Shown here piece after piece: positions 9,749 through 19,627 of a stretch of 64,000 bases of DNA; position 1 is the first letter of the stretch, and every line of letters starts with the position of its first letter. The notes under the pieces are model-generated. The model ran no database searches, was not told where the DNA came from, and worked only from the letters and a program-made list of their open reading frames with translations. The translations under genes were made by a program, and so were the position numbers. Source of the stretch: Clostridia bacterium (lineage in GTDB: Bacteria > Bacillota > Clostridia > Oscillospirales > Acutalibacteraceae); contig JAGBHX010000062.1 in the NCBI GenBank assembly GCA_017935265.1, positions 306 to 64,305 of the forward strand. Direction: 5' to 3'.

Positions 9749-11158
9749 ATGGGTGGATTTTTTGCAGTAGCATCAAAAGAATCTTGCGTGCTTGATTTGT
9801 TTTACGGAACAGACTATCATTCCCATCTCGGCACAAGACGAGGCGGTATGGCTGTTTACGGTGAAGGCGGATTTGAGCGTGCGATTCATAATATACAAAA
9901 CTCTCCTTTCAGAACAAAATTTGAACGTGACGTGGAAGAGCTTGAGGGAAATTTCGGTATAGGCTGTATTTCAGACTTCGAGCCTCAGCCCTTGCTTGTT
10001 CATTCCCATCTCGGCAGCTTTGCAATCACAACCGTGGGAAGAATCAACAACCCCGACGAGCTTATGAAGGATTGCTTCGAATCGGGTCACACTCATTTTC
10101 TTGAAATGAGCGGCGGCACAATCAACCCCACTGAAATTACTGCGGCGCTCATCAATCAGAAAAAATCGCTGGTTGAGGGTATCCGCTATGCACAGGAAAA
10201 AATCAAAGGCTCAATGAGTATCATTCTCCTCACGGAAAAAGGCATTTATGCCGCCCGTGACAGAGTGGGCAGAACACCTGTTGTTATCGGCAAAAAAGAC
10301 GGTGCCTTCTGCGCTTCTTTCGAGAGCTTTGCTTATCTTAATTTAGGCTATGAGGATTACAAGGAGCTTGGCCCTGCCGAGATTGTATTCTTCACTCCCG
10401 ATAGCTGTGAAACCGTAGCACCCGCAGGCAAGGAAATGAAAATCTGCTCTTTCCTCTGGGCTTATTACGGCTATCCCACATCGAGCTATGAGGGCGTAAA
10501 CGTTGAGCAGATGCGCTATGAATGCGGACGGCTTCTTGCAAAGCGTGACGATGCAAAGCCTGACAGTGTTGCAGGTATTCCCGATTCCGGTATTGCCCAC
10601 GCAATCGGCTACTCGAACGAAGCAAAAATTCCGTACACTCGTCCTTTTATCAAATATACACCAACCTGGCCCCGTTCATTTATGCCCACCAATCAGTCTC
10701 AGCGCAACAAAATTGCACACATGAAGCTCATTCCGGTTAAAAAGCTTATTGAGGGCAAAAAGCTTCTGTTTATTGACGATTCTATCGTTCGCGGAACACA
10801 GCTTGGTGAGACAACTGAATTTTTGTATAATGCGGGCGCAAAAGAGGTGCATATTCGCCCTGCTTGTCCGCCGATTATGTTTGGCTGTAAATATCTCAAT
10901 TTCTCACGCTCAGGCTCCGAGCTTGATTTGATTGCACGCCGAGTTATTCTCAAGCGCGAGGGTGACAGAGCCTGCGACCCCGATGTTCTTGCCGACTATG
11001 CAGACCCCACAAGCAAGAACTATGAAGAAATGGTTGAAGAAATCCGCAAGGAGCTCAACTTTACATCCCTTCGCTATCACCGCCTTGATGATATGATTGA
11101 GTCAATCGGCATTGAGCCCTGCAAGCTTTGCACATATTGCTGGAACGGTAAGGAATAA
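9749..11158 (+). CDS. Amidophosphoribosyltransferase (PurF)-like protein lacking the N-terminal Cys nucleophile
   Basis: Class-II GATase-like N-terminal domain, PRPP-binding motif LLFIDDSIVRGTQ, C-terminal Cys cluster CKLCTYC. The N-terminus is MGGFFAV instead of CG(V/I)(F/V)G. Confidence 0.75.
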   Translation: MGGFFAVASKESCVLDLFYGTDYHSHLGTRRGGMAVYGEGGFERAIHNIQNSPFRTKFERDVEELEGNFGIGCISDFEPQPLLVHSHLGSFAITTVGRINNPDELMKDCFESGHTHFLEMSGGTINPTEITAALINQKKSLVEGIRYAQEKIKGSMSIILLTEKGIYAARDRVGRTPVVIGKKDGAFCASFESFAYLNLGYEDYKELGPAEIVFFTPDSCETVAPAGKEMKICSFLWAYYGYPTSSYEGVNVEQMRYECGRLLAKRDDAKPDSVAGIPDSGIAHAIGYSNEAKIPYTRPFIKYTPTWPRSFMPTNQSQRNKIAHMKLIPVKKLIEGKKLLFIDDSIVRGTQLGETTEFLYNAGAKEVHIRPACPPIMFGCKYLNFSRSGSELDLIARRVILKREGDRACDPDVLADYADPTSKNYEEMVEEIRKELNFTSLRYHRLDDMIESIGIEPCKLCTYCWNGKE

Positions 11159-11637
11159 TGGCAGGCTTTAAGACAAATGTGATGAGGATTCTTGACCAAA
11201 AGAAAATCGTCTACACTCCTCATGAATATCATTCACCTGACGGAACAGCTCCCGACGGAGTGACCGTTGCCTCAATGATTGGCAAAGCACCGCGGGAGGT
11301 TTACAAAACTCTTGTTACTCAGGGTGCAAGCAGACGGTATTACGTTTTTGTTGTGCCGTCAGACGGTCAGCTTGATTTGAAAAAGGCGGCGAAGTCTGTT
11401 GGTGAAAAATCCGTTGAAATGATAAAACAAAAAGAACTGCTTCCTCTCACCGGATATGTTCACGGCGGGTGCAGTCCTGTGGGTATGAAAAAGCCGTTTA
11501 AAACGGTGTTCCATTCAGACGTTTTAAGCCTTGCGACCGTTACGGTCAGCGCAGGCAAGGTAGGTCATCAGGTTGAGATTGAACCTCAGACAATAATAAA
11601 AGCTGTCGCCGCAACGACAGCTGATATAACGGTATGA
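11158..11637 (+). CDS. ybaK: Cys-tRNA(Pro)/Cys-tRNA(Cys) deacylase YbaK
   Basis: 159 aa, YbaK/EbsC-like (NVMRILD..Y..HEY ... GGCSPVGMKK); ATGA-type overlap with the upstream gene. Confidence 0.8.
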   Translation: MAGFKTNVMRILDQKKIVYTPHEYHSPDGTAPDGVTVASMIGKAPREVYKTLVTQGASRRYYVFVVPSDGQLDLKKAAKSVGEKSVEMIKQKELLPLTGYVHGGCSPVGMKKPFKTVFHSDVLSLATVTVSAGKVGHQVEIEPQTIIKAVAATTADITV

Positions 11638-11689
11638 TTTAACGGCACAGTTTATCTGTGCCGTTTCTTCATTTCTATATTTATATTCG

Positions 11690-12595
11690 TCACCCTACTG
11701 TGGCAATTCCCAATGCAACAAGGAGAACGGAAATAACGTGTATCGGGTCAAGGATGTCTTCACCAAGAGCGATGGCAGAAAACACGTTACCGAAAATGGG
11801 TGTCATCAGCTTAAACACGCTCACCTTGCTCACGGGGTTATGCTTGAGAAGCTGTGACCAGATTAAAAATGCCACAGCCGATACAAGAGCAAGATACACA
11901 AGGCAAAGGTTTGCTTTTGCGTTTTCAAACGAAATTGTGCCGCCGAAGGCGAGAGCAATCACCGATAAAATAATTCCGCCGAAAAGCAGGTGATAGCCTG
12001 TCACAATCATAGGGTCAATTGTCATAGATGCTTTTTTGTTTATCATAATTCCCACTGTGGAAATCAAAGCGGAAAGCAGCAAAAAGCCTTCGCCGTTGAG
12101 GCTGAAGGAAAACTGACTGCCTGTGTGAAGGTTCACAAGCACAATACCCGCCATACCGATAACACAGCCCGCAAGCTTTCTGGCTGTGAGTCTGTCGTTT
12201 TTGAAAAACAAAGGGACGAGCAACACGGCGCAGAATGTATCAAAGGAGTTGAGCACACTTGCAATGCTGCCTGCCGTAACGGAAAGGCCGAGATAATAAA
12301 AGAAATAGTTGCCTGTAATCTGTACTGCCGAGAGTGTCATGATTGCAGGTGCCTCTTTTTTGGTAAAAACGGGGAAACGACGGTTTTTAATTATATACAC
12401 CCCAAGCACGATTAACCCTGCCAGGGCAAAGCGCACCCCTGCAAACATCAGCTTTGAGCCTGTAGCCTCTGCACCGATGCCGAACCATTCGTAGCCAAGC
12501 TTCACTCCGGGGAAAGCGGTACCCCACAAGGCTGTGCAGATTGTTGCAAAAATTATAAACCAAACGTTGTTTTCAAAAATACTTTTCTTTTTCAT
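11690..12595 (-). CDS. DMT (EamA) family transporter
   Basis: 10-TM-like hydrophobic protein with duplicated EamA pattern. Start taken at MKKKSIF (ATG 12595, RBS GAAAGG). Confidence 0.8.
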   Translation of the reverse strand: MKKKSIFENNVWFIIFATICTALWGTAFPGVKLGYEWFGIGAEATGSKLMFAGVRFALAGLIVLGVYIIKNRRFPVFTKKEAPAIMTLSAVQITGNYFFYYLGLSVTAGSIASVLNSFDTFCAVLLVPLFFKNDRLTARKLAGCVIGMAGIVLVNLHTGSQFSFSLNGEGFLLLSALISTVGIMINKKASMTIDPMIVTGYHLLFGGIILSVIALAFGGTISFENAKANLCLVYLALVSAVAFLIWSQLLKHNPVSKVSVFKLMTPIFGNVFSAIALGEDILDPIHVISVLLVALGIATVG

Positions 12596-12719
12596 AATAT
12601 GAGCCTTTCTGAATTTCAAAAAGCATTATACCACAAAATTTGTCAGTTGCAATAAAATTGTGGACAAACTGGTTACGATGTGTTAATATTACTGTGAATT
12701 AGTGTAAAAGGGGAAGTTT

Positions 12720-14546
12720 ATGTTAAAAAAGGCAGTAAAACGGATTATATGCGTTTTTATTGTTTTGGCTGTTATGCTTGTGGCTAACGGCTCAATAAGT
12801 GCTGCACGCCCCGAAGCCGCCAACCTGAAGGTTGTTGACCTTTCAAAGTGGAATAATTCAATTGATTGGCAGAAGGTGTCGCTGTCTGTTGACGGTGTGA
12901 TTGCCCGCATAGGCTATCGCGGTTCTGTTTACCGTGACAATATTGCCGAGGACGATTTGTTTTATTCCCACTATCAAGGATGTGCTACCTACAATATCCC
13001 CTTCGGCTGTTATTTTTATTCCCTTGCTGTCACTGTTGAAGAAGCGGTTGAAGAGGCTGAGTGGATTATTGCTACGCTTAAAAAATATAACTGCAAGCCG
13101 GATTTGCCCATATATATTGATATGGAAGATTACATCGTGCAGAACGCAACCACTAACCGAAAGCGCACCGATATTGCCAAGGCTTTTTGCCGAACTCTTT
13201 TTGAAAACGGATATTATCCCGGCGTGTATGCCAACAAATACTGGATGACGGATTTGCTTTATCCCGAGGAATTTTCCGATTGCTCAATTTGGGTGGCTCA
13301 ATATGCCGACACCTGCACCTATAAGGGAAGCTACGATATGTGGCAATATACCGAGTCGGGCTCGGTCAACGGCATAAACGGTAAGGTGGATATTAACCAT
13401 TGCTACAAGGATTATTCAACCTTTATAAAAAAATACGGCTTCAACGGCTATCCCGGCTCTGTGGATTACAAGCCGGACGACCAGCTGCCCGTTGATTCCG
13501 CAAAATTCGGCATGTATGAAATTACCGCAACGTCCCTCAACGTGAGAACGGGCCCCGGCACGGATTACCTTTCTCTCGGTAAGCTGAAAAAAGGCTCGCA
13601 GATTTATGTTTACGGTGTAAGCAACGGTTGGGGAGCAATTCGCTTCGGTGATTCGCTTGGTTGGGTATCACTGAGCAGTGCTTACCTCAAACAGCTTTCA
13701 AACCACAATTCAACCCAAAAGGGTATCGGCTTTTATTCAGTGGCGGTTGACACTCTCAATGTCAGAAGCGGCCCGTCAACCAATTATTCAAGAGTGGATA
13801 AGCTGAACTCAGGTGAGCAGATTTATGTTCATCAGCTCAAAGAAGGCTGGGGTGCGTTTTATTACGGCGACGGCTCGGTCGGTTGGGTTTCGGTTGAGCA
13901 CCTTGCTTTTATGGGAACGGTTAATTTCATCGGCGGCGAAGCGCAGGGCGGAATGAACCATCAGCTTATAACAAAAGGTCAGTCTGCCGCGCTTAACAAA
14001 AACAATTTCACTTGCGATAAGCTGCCCTTTGCAGGTTGGGCAACACAGAAAGACGGCAAGTCGGTTTATGCCGACGGTGCAAAAATAACAATGGGTGACA
14101 CAAATGTTGTGCTTTATGCCGTGTTTGATTCGGGTGAATTTTATCGTTGGAATGAGTCCGTAACGGTAAAAGGTGATATGGTTTATATCAACAGCCTTAT
14201 GCTCACGGAAAAGGACTTCGGTGAAAAATATATCGACGTTTTCGATTCGGCAAAAATGACCCTGACTCAAAGCTTCAAGGGTGTTGTGGGAACGGGTACA
14301 ACCGTTTCGGTTTCCAACGGCAAGGTTACGGATGTGTTTACCGTCTGCCTTAAGGGCGACGTAAACGGCGACAGTATGTGTGACGGTCTTGATATGTCCG
14401 GATTGATTGAGCTTGTGAACACGCAAAAAGGAGAGTATTCTTCTGCCCAGCTTTGGGCTATGGATATGAACTCTGACGGCGAGCTTGATGAAAAGGACAT
14501 TGAGCAATATAAAAATATTATTTTTAACGGGAGGATACTGAAATGA
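12720..14546 (+). CDS. Secreted GH25 muramidase (lysozyme) with two SH3b domains and C-terminal dockerin
   Basis: Signal peptide. GH25 signature VVDLSKWN..IDW..V....DGVIARIGY..., DMEDY. Two SH3b repeats (LNVR(T/S)GP(G/S)T.Y...G.L..G..IYV....GW(G)A). Dockerin loops DVNGDSMCDGLD and DMNSDGELDEKD. Confidence 0.9.
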   Translation: MLKKAVKRIICVFIVLAVMLVANGSISAARPEAANLKVVDLSKWNNSIDWQKVSLSVDGVIARIGYRGSVYRDNIAEDDLFYSHYQGCATYNIPFGCYFYSLAVTVEEAVEEAEWIIATLKKYNCKPDLPIYIDMEDYIVQNATTNRKRTDIAKAFCRTLFENGYYPGVYANKYWMTDLLYPEEFSDCSIWVAQYADTCTYKGSYDMWQYTESGSVNGINGKVDINHCYKDYSTFIKKYGFNGYPGSVDYKPDDQLPVDSAKFGMYEITATSLNVRTGPGTDYLSLGKLKKGSQIYVYGVSNGWGAIRFGDSLGWVSLSSAYLKQLSNHNSTQKGIGFYSVAVDTLNVRSGPSTNYSRVDKLNSGEQIYVHQLKEGWGAFYYGDGSVGWVSVEHLAFMGTVNFIGGEAQGGMNHQLITKGQSAALNKNNFTCDKLPFAGWATQKDGKSVYADGAKITMGDTNVVLYAVFDSGEFYRWNESVTVKGDMVYINSLMLTEKDFGEKYIDVFDSAKMTLTQSFKGVVGTGTTVSVSNGKVTDVFTVCLKGDVNGDSMCDGLDMSGLIELVNTQKGEYSSAQLWAMDMNSDGELDEKDIEQYKNIIFNGRILK

Positions 14547-15364
14547 AAAAAATAATTTCTGTATTTATTTGTATTCTGATGGTTTTGTCTTTGTTGCCGT
14601 TCACAGCTTCGGCGGCAGATGAAATTGACTTCACCCTCAGAATAAAGAGTGAAACCGACGATGAGGTTGTTCTTACTCTTGATTATGACGGCGGAACAGG
14701 CTTCTGCGCTCTTGATATTGACATCTCTTACGACAGAGTTCGTCTGGAACGCAAAAACTGTGAAAAGGGTGACGGCTATGTTGCCTTTGAAAAGTATCTC
14801 AGTGAAAACGATGCTCTTTCAATGTGCAGCATCAACCCCGGCACAAATCCGATGAAGGTTTCAATGGCAAACACTCTCGGCTTTAAAAAAATTGACGGTA
14901 AAAAGTCGGTTGTAACGCTCAGATTTGCAAAGGTGCCCGGCACAAAGTTTGCAAAAGACGATGTAAGCTTTGATTTCACAAATTGCCAGACAGAGGCATT
15001 CACAGACATCAAGGTGAACCTTGCTTATGACTTGAAGCAGCCTGTTTCAGTTGCGGATAAAACAAACAGCGCAGACAAAACCGAGGACTCAACGGAGTAT
15101 CCTCAGCAGCCCTCGCAGGATAATGTGGAGGGTGAGGATTCCGAAATCGGAAATGCTCCCGAGACTGATAACGGCAAGGATACTGTGGGTCAGGATGCAG
15201 AAGCACCGGATAGTGAAGGTGACGGCGCAGACGATACCGCAACCGCAGGTGAAAAATCGGATAAAACAAAAACAATTGTTATAATTGTTGCGGCTGCAGT
15301 TGTTGTTCTCGGCGCAGGCGCAGTTGTGATTGTTAAAGTTAAGGGTAAAAAGAAAAACGGATAA
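14543..15364 (+). CDS. Cohesin-domain protein with acidic linker and C-terminal transmembrane anchor
   Basis: Signal peptide. Cohesin-like segment (EIDFTLRIKSE..VVLTLDYDGGTGFCALDIDISYD). D/E/G-rich linker. TM helix IVIIVAAAVVVLGAGAVVIV followed by KVKGKKKNG. ATGA overlap with the GH25 gene. Confidence 0.7.
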   Translation: MKKIISVFICILMVLSLLPFTASAADEIDFTLRIKSETDDEVVLTLDYDGGTGFCALDIDISYDRVRLERKNCEKGDGYVAFEKYLSENDALSMCSINPGTNPMKVSMANTLGFKKIDGKKSVVTLRFAKVPGTKFAKDDVSFDFTNCQTEAFTDIKVNLAYDLKQPVSVADKTNSADKTEDSTEYPQQPSQDNVEGEDSEIGNAPETDNGKDTVGQDAEAPDSEGDGADDTATAGEKSDKTKTIVIIVAAAVVVLGAGAVVIVKVKGKKKNG

Positions 15365-15529
15365 CGGATAGCGGCGGAGGAAGCTCCGCTGTTTTTATTT
15401 TAGACGAACAATATGTTGTGATTTTTAAACGAGATATACCATATGTATTTTTCATATTTCGCAATATACAAAAACGCTCTCTTGTTTTTGTTAAATGTGT
15501 AAAAAAATGACTTCATTGCATTAAAGTTA

Positions 15530-15558
15530 TTGACTTTTAATTTCCTATTGGATATAAT
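15530..15558 (+). promoter_or_regulatory. Sigma-A-type promoter for the 1292-aa surface protein gene
   Basis: TTGACT - 17 nt - TATAAT, about 65 nt upstream of the ATG. Confidence 0.6.
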
Positions 15559-15624
15559 TATACCGTGTCATAATGTATAGTTATACCTATACATATCTCA
15601 AGATTTTTAAAGGAGGATATTGTT

Positions 15625-18600
15625 ATGACAATCTCTAAAAGAGTACTCAGTGTTATTCTTTCGGTTGTTATGCTTCTCTCAATCGTTCCTATGAGCGCAT
15701 CTGCAGTAGAAGTTTCAACAGGTGAAGCATTGAGCGCTAATCAGGCAATGGTAGATGACGGAACAGGTAGAGAAATCATTCCTATGGCTACCGTTACAGC
15801 TCCCGACGTTGTTCGTGTTGCAGCAGCATCAGGTTCAATGGCAAAGGGCTCCACAATCGTTTCAGCAACACCCTCAGGTGTTCCTGCAATTTCAGGCAGC
15901 TACACTGCGGATGCATATGCCGGTGAAACACCCAGCGCTCCTCAGATTACATTTGTTTGCGACCTTTCACTTGCAAACAACAAGAATGTAACAATTGCTT
16001 GTACAAACAACACATCAGTTACCTTCACACAGACTAACCCCAACAACAACACTTGGGTTTGGACTGTTTCAGGCGGTACTGCAGCTGCAGGCTCATACCT
16101 TGACTTTGAAATCGGTTATTCTTATACATACACCGACAAGCTCACAGGTAAGAGTGTTACCAACTCATACGTAGCATATGCAAGCTCATACGTTGCAGGC
16201 ATCATTCAGCCCGCAGGTGTGTTCCTTGATTTGTACAGAAATAAGGGTTGGAGTACACATTCAGCAGAAGAATTAGATGCTGTTTACCGTATTCTCGGTA
16301 AAAATACATTCGGTTCTTACTATGTTGACCCTGCTAACCCTGAAGATGCAGGCGCAGGTAGTGATGAGTGGTCACACGGTTACTATGATTTTGTAAGTGC
16401 TTCTGCAAACTCATGGAATCAGACAGCAACAGCAGCTGATGGCTACGGTACGCTTCTCTGCTACAAGAAGAGCGACGACGGCAACAAATACACCAACACA
16501 GGACTTGACCGTCAGCGTCCCGTTTCAACAACATATATCGACTCATCAAAGGGTACAGCTCTTAACGGTGCCAACATCAATCTTCGTTTTGCTGTTACAG
16601 ACCTTTTGAATTCATGGAAAACAGGCGAGTACAGACGTACCGTTCAGAATATCCGTGTTCTTCCCGGTGAACAGGGTTGGGATTCAGAAACAATCGATAA
16701 CTCCACCGCGTCAACACAGCTTGCATTCGCAGGCACAAACAACACGATCTATATCCTTGACCAGGGCACATATCCTGACAACGGATACAGAACATCAAAC
16801 TCAGGTCTTAGCATTCCTTTCAACGGAACAACATGGGTTAACTCTCTTGAAACTCTTGAAGACGGAACAAAGCAGACCTCCTACACATTTATTTCAGAGC
16901 TTTACGGTTGGTACAGCAAATCTGACCGTATGATCTCAGGTCATTCATCAGTTAACCTTCGCTTCGTTGTTTATAACAAGGCTGACCTCCGCGGTACAAT
17001 CGAAGACGCACTTGACTATTATGTACCCGTTGATCCCTACGGCGAAGAAATCGGTATTATGCCTCAGGCAAGATACTATTCAGCCGGTTGGACTGATTTC
17101 AAAGATGCTCTCACTAACGCTCAGCGCATCAGCGCACGCTCAGACGTTTCTCAGAGCCAGATCGATGCAGCTAAAACAGCTCTTGAAGATGCAATGGGCG
17201 GCCTCGTTGTTAAAACTGCTGACTATACAGCCGTTAACTCAGCTATCAACACAATGTCAGGCCTTAATGCAGATGACTACACACCTGAATCATGGGCAAG
17301 AGTAGCAACTGCAAGAAACGCTGTTAAGTTTGATTACACAACATTCTATCAGTGCGCAGTAAACAAGATGGGCACAGACCTTGTTGCAGCAATCGACCTT
17401 CTTGAATACAACCCCGCTAATTACGAAAATGTTGATATGGCTATTGAATATGCCTCAAACTTCGACAGATCTCTCTACACAGACGAGTCTTTGAAGGTTC
17501 TTGATGACCTTATTACAGAAGCTCAGAGTACTGAGTTCCGTTCAAAGGACATCACAGAGCAGACATATGTTGATGATATAGCTGACAAGATTATTGCCGC
17601 TAAGGATAATCTTAAGTATAAGACTGCTGACTACACAGCAGTTGACAATGCAGTTAACCGCTATAAGGCTATCGACACATCACGCTACACAGAAGCTTCT
17701 TACACAAGAGTAACAGCTTTCTATGAGCAGATCGTTTACGGCCTCAACATCACAATGCAGTCAGAAGTTGATGCAATGGCAGAAGATCTTAACTATGCTA
17801 TCGACAACTTCCTTAAGGTAAGACCTGCTGACTACACAGCAGTTGAAAATGCAATCGCAGAGTATGAGGAATTGAACCCCAGCCACTATACAGACGATTC
17901 TTGGGCAGATCTTGAGGATGCAGTTGATGCAGTTGATTATGACCTTGACCTTGACCATCAGGACGAGGTTAACGCAATGGCACAGGCTATCAAAACTGCT
18001 ATTGCAAACCTTGACTATGCAATCGGTGATTACAGCAAGGTTACAGATGCTCTTAACGAAGCAGATTCTCTCACAGCAAGCCACTACACACCCGAATCGT
18101 GGGCAGAGCTCCAGACTGCTGTCAACAACGTTCAGTACGGCCTCACAATTGACAAGCAGACTCAGATTGACGCTTTTGCAACAGCTATCAACACAGCTAT
18201 TGCAAACCTTGATCCCTCAGCCGCTGACTACTCAAAGGTTGAAGATGCAATTGACAGATATGAGGCTCTTGACACTTCACTTTACACAGCAGCATCAGTT
18301 CTCAAGGTTCGCCAGGCTGTAAACGCAGTTGTTTATGACCTTGACATCACTCAGCAGACAACAGTTGACGGATATGCTGATGCTATCAACACAGCAATTG
18401 ATAACCTTGCTTACAAAGCAGGCGACTACTCAGCAGTTACAGCCGCTACAACAGCCGCCAAGGAATATACTGATTTGGCAGATGCTTTTGCAGCAGCAAA
18501 TAACGGATATTCTTACTACACAGCAGATTCATACAAGGCTCTTACAGATGCAATTGCCGCAGTTGTTTACGGCCTTGACATCCGCTACAATGAGCAGATT

Positions 18601-19503
18601 GCAGGTTATGCAACAGCTATCAACGCCGCAATAGGCAACCTTCAGCTTAACGGTGCTGACTATTCAGCAGTTACAGCCGCTAAGAATGCAGTTCCCTCAT
18701 ATCTCGGCGTTTACACAGATGAGTCAGTTGCAAGACTTAACCTTGCTATTAACTCAGTTGAAGAAGGCCCCAAGACTGACGAGCAGGCTCTTGTTAACGA
18801 TTATGCAGCAGCTATCGTTGCTCAGACAAAGGCTCTTGAATACAAGCCTCTCAACACAGCCGCATATGATACTCAGGTTGCAAGAATTCCTGCTGACATC
18901 GAGAATTACACAGCAGATTCAGTTAAGGCAGTAACAGACGCCAAGGCAGCAGTTGATACATTCCTTGCAGGCGATGTTAACATCACACATCAGGCTCAGT
19001 TCAACACTCTTGTTGATGCTCTCGCTACTGCAATTGACAATCTTGAAAAAGAAGTAGTTGCATACTTCCGTGCAAACGCTGACACAACATGCGTAATTGA
19101 CACTGCAAATATGTTGATTTACGGTCTCGAAACAAGACTTTCAGCAAGCAAGCTTACAGGTACATACCTTGATTATGAGGGTGTTACCGTTACCGCAAAG
19201 CCCGTTAAGGGTCGTTACCTCGGCACAGGCGCAACAGTAACAGTTGTATACCCCGACGGTACACAGGAAGTTTACACAATCGTTGTATTCGGTGATATGG
19301 ACGGCGACGGCCAGGTTAATGCAAACGACCTTAATAACTTTGGTGCTTATATCACAAAGAACACCACTCTTTCAGAAGCTCAGAAGAAAGCAATGAATTT
19401 GGACAATGATGCAAGAAAGCGTCTTAATGCTAATGACTTGCTCAGACTTCAGGCTGCTGTAAGCACAGGTAAAGCATTCAACCAGGTTAACCCCGCTCTT
19501 TAA
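15625..19503 (+). CDS. Large secreted dockerin protein with N-terminal unknown domain and about 10 FIVAR-like ~70-aa helical repeats
   Basis: Signal peptide. Repeats of the form ADY(T/S)AV..A......L....YT..S...L..A...V.Y.L......VD.....I..AI.NL. C-terminal dockerin GDMDGDGQVNANDL ... NLDNDARKRLNANDL. RBS AAAGGAGGA. Confidence 0.85.
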   Translation: MTISKRVLSVILSVVMLLSIVPMSASAVEVSTGEALSANQAMVDDGTGREIIPMATVTAPDVVRVAAASGSMAKGSTIVSATPSGVPAISGSYTADAYAGETPSAPQITFVCDLSLANNKNVTIACTNNTSVTFTQTNPNNNTWVWTVSGGTAAAGSYLDFEIGYSYTYTDKLTGKSVTNSYVAYASSYVAGIIQPAGVFLDLYRNKGWSTHSAEELDAVYRILGKNTFGSYYVDPANPEDAGAGSDEWSHGYYDFVSASANSWNQTATAADGYGTLLCYKKSDDGNKYTNTGLDRQRPVSTTYIDSSKGTALNGANINLRFAVTDLLNSWKTGEYRRTVQNIRVLPGEQGWDSETIDNSTASTQLAFAGTNNTIYILDQGTYPDNGYRTSNSGLSIPFNGTTWVNSLETLEDGTKQTSYTFISELYGWYSKSDRMISGHSSVNLRFVVYNKADLRGTIEDALDYYVPVDPYGEEIGIMPQARYYSAGWTDFKDALTNAQRISARSDVSQSQIDAAKTALEDAMGGLVVKTADYTAVNSAINTMSGLNADDYTPESWARVATARNAVKFDYTTFYQCAVNKMGTDLVAAIDLLEYNPANYENVDMAIEYASNFDRSLYTDESLKVLDDLITEAQSTEFRSKDITEQTYVDDIADKIIAAKDNLKYKTADYTAVDNAVNRYKAIDTSRYTEASYTRVTAFYEQIVYGLNITMQSEVDAMAEDLNYAIDNFLKVRPADYTAVENAIAEYEELNPSHYTDDSWADLEDAVDAVDYDLDLDHQDEVNAMAQAIKTAIANLDYAIGDYSKVTDALNEADSLTASHYTPESWAELQTAVNNVQYGLTIDKQTQIDAFATAINTAIANLDPSAADYSKVEDAIDRYEALDTSLYTAASVLKVRQAVNAVVYDLDITQQTTVDGYADAINTAIDNLAYKAGDYSAVTAATTAAKEYTDLADAFAAANNGYSYYTADSYKALTDAIAAVVYGLDIRYNEQIAGYATAINAAIGNLQLNGADYSAVTAAKNAVPSYLGVYTDESVARLNLAINSVEEGPKTDEQALVNDYAAAIVAQTKALEYKPLNTAAYDTQVARIPADIENYTADSVKAVTDAKAAVDTFLAGDVNITHQAQFNTLVDALATAIDNLEKEVVAYFRANADTTCVIDTANMLIYGLETRLSASKLTGTYLDYEGVTVTAKPVKGRYLGTGATVTVVYPDGTQEVYTIVVFGDMDGDGQVNANDLNNFGAYITKNTTLSEAQKKAMNLDNDARKRLNANDLLRLQAAVSTGKAFNQVNPAL

Positions 19504-19517
19504 TCCTTAATTAAATC

Positions 19518-19546
19518 AAGACCGTCCTTCGGGGCGGTCTTTTTTA
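19518..19546 (+). terminator. Rho-independent terminator
   Basis: AAGACCGTCC-TTCG-GGGCGGTCTT followed by T6. Confidence 0.85.
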
Positions 19547-19627
19547 TGCATTCATAAAAATATCTTGACGGCTGTTGTCTGTGATGTTAAAATATAGGTT
19601 GGAATACAATTAAAAGAAGGTTGCTTT

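Noticed and set aside
17200-19060. Periodic DNA repeats that might be mistaken for a non-coding repeat array or CRISPR.
   Set aside because: The periodicity is about 210 nt and lies inside one long ORF with a conserved protein-level repeat (FIVAR-like). There are no short identical direct repeats with unique spacers. No CRISPR array was seen anywhere in the window.
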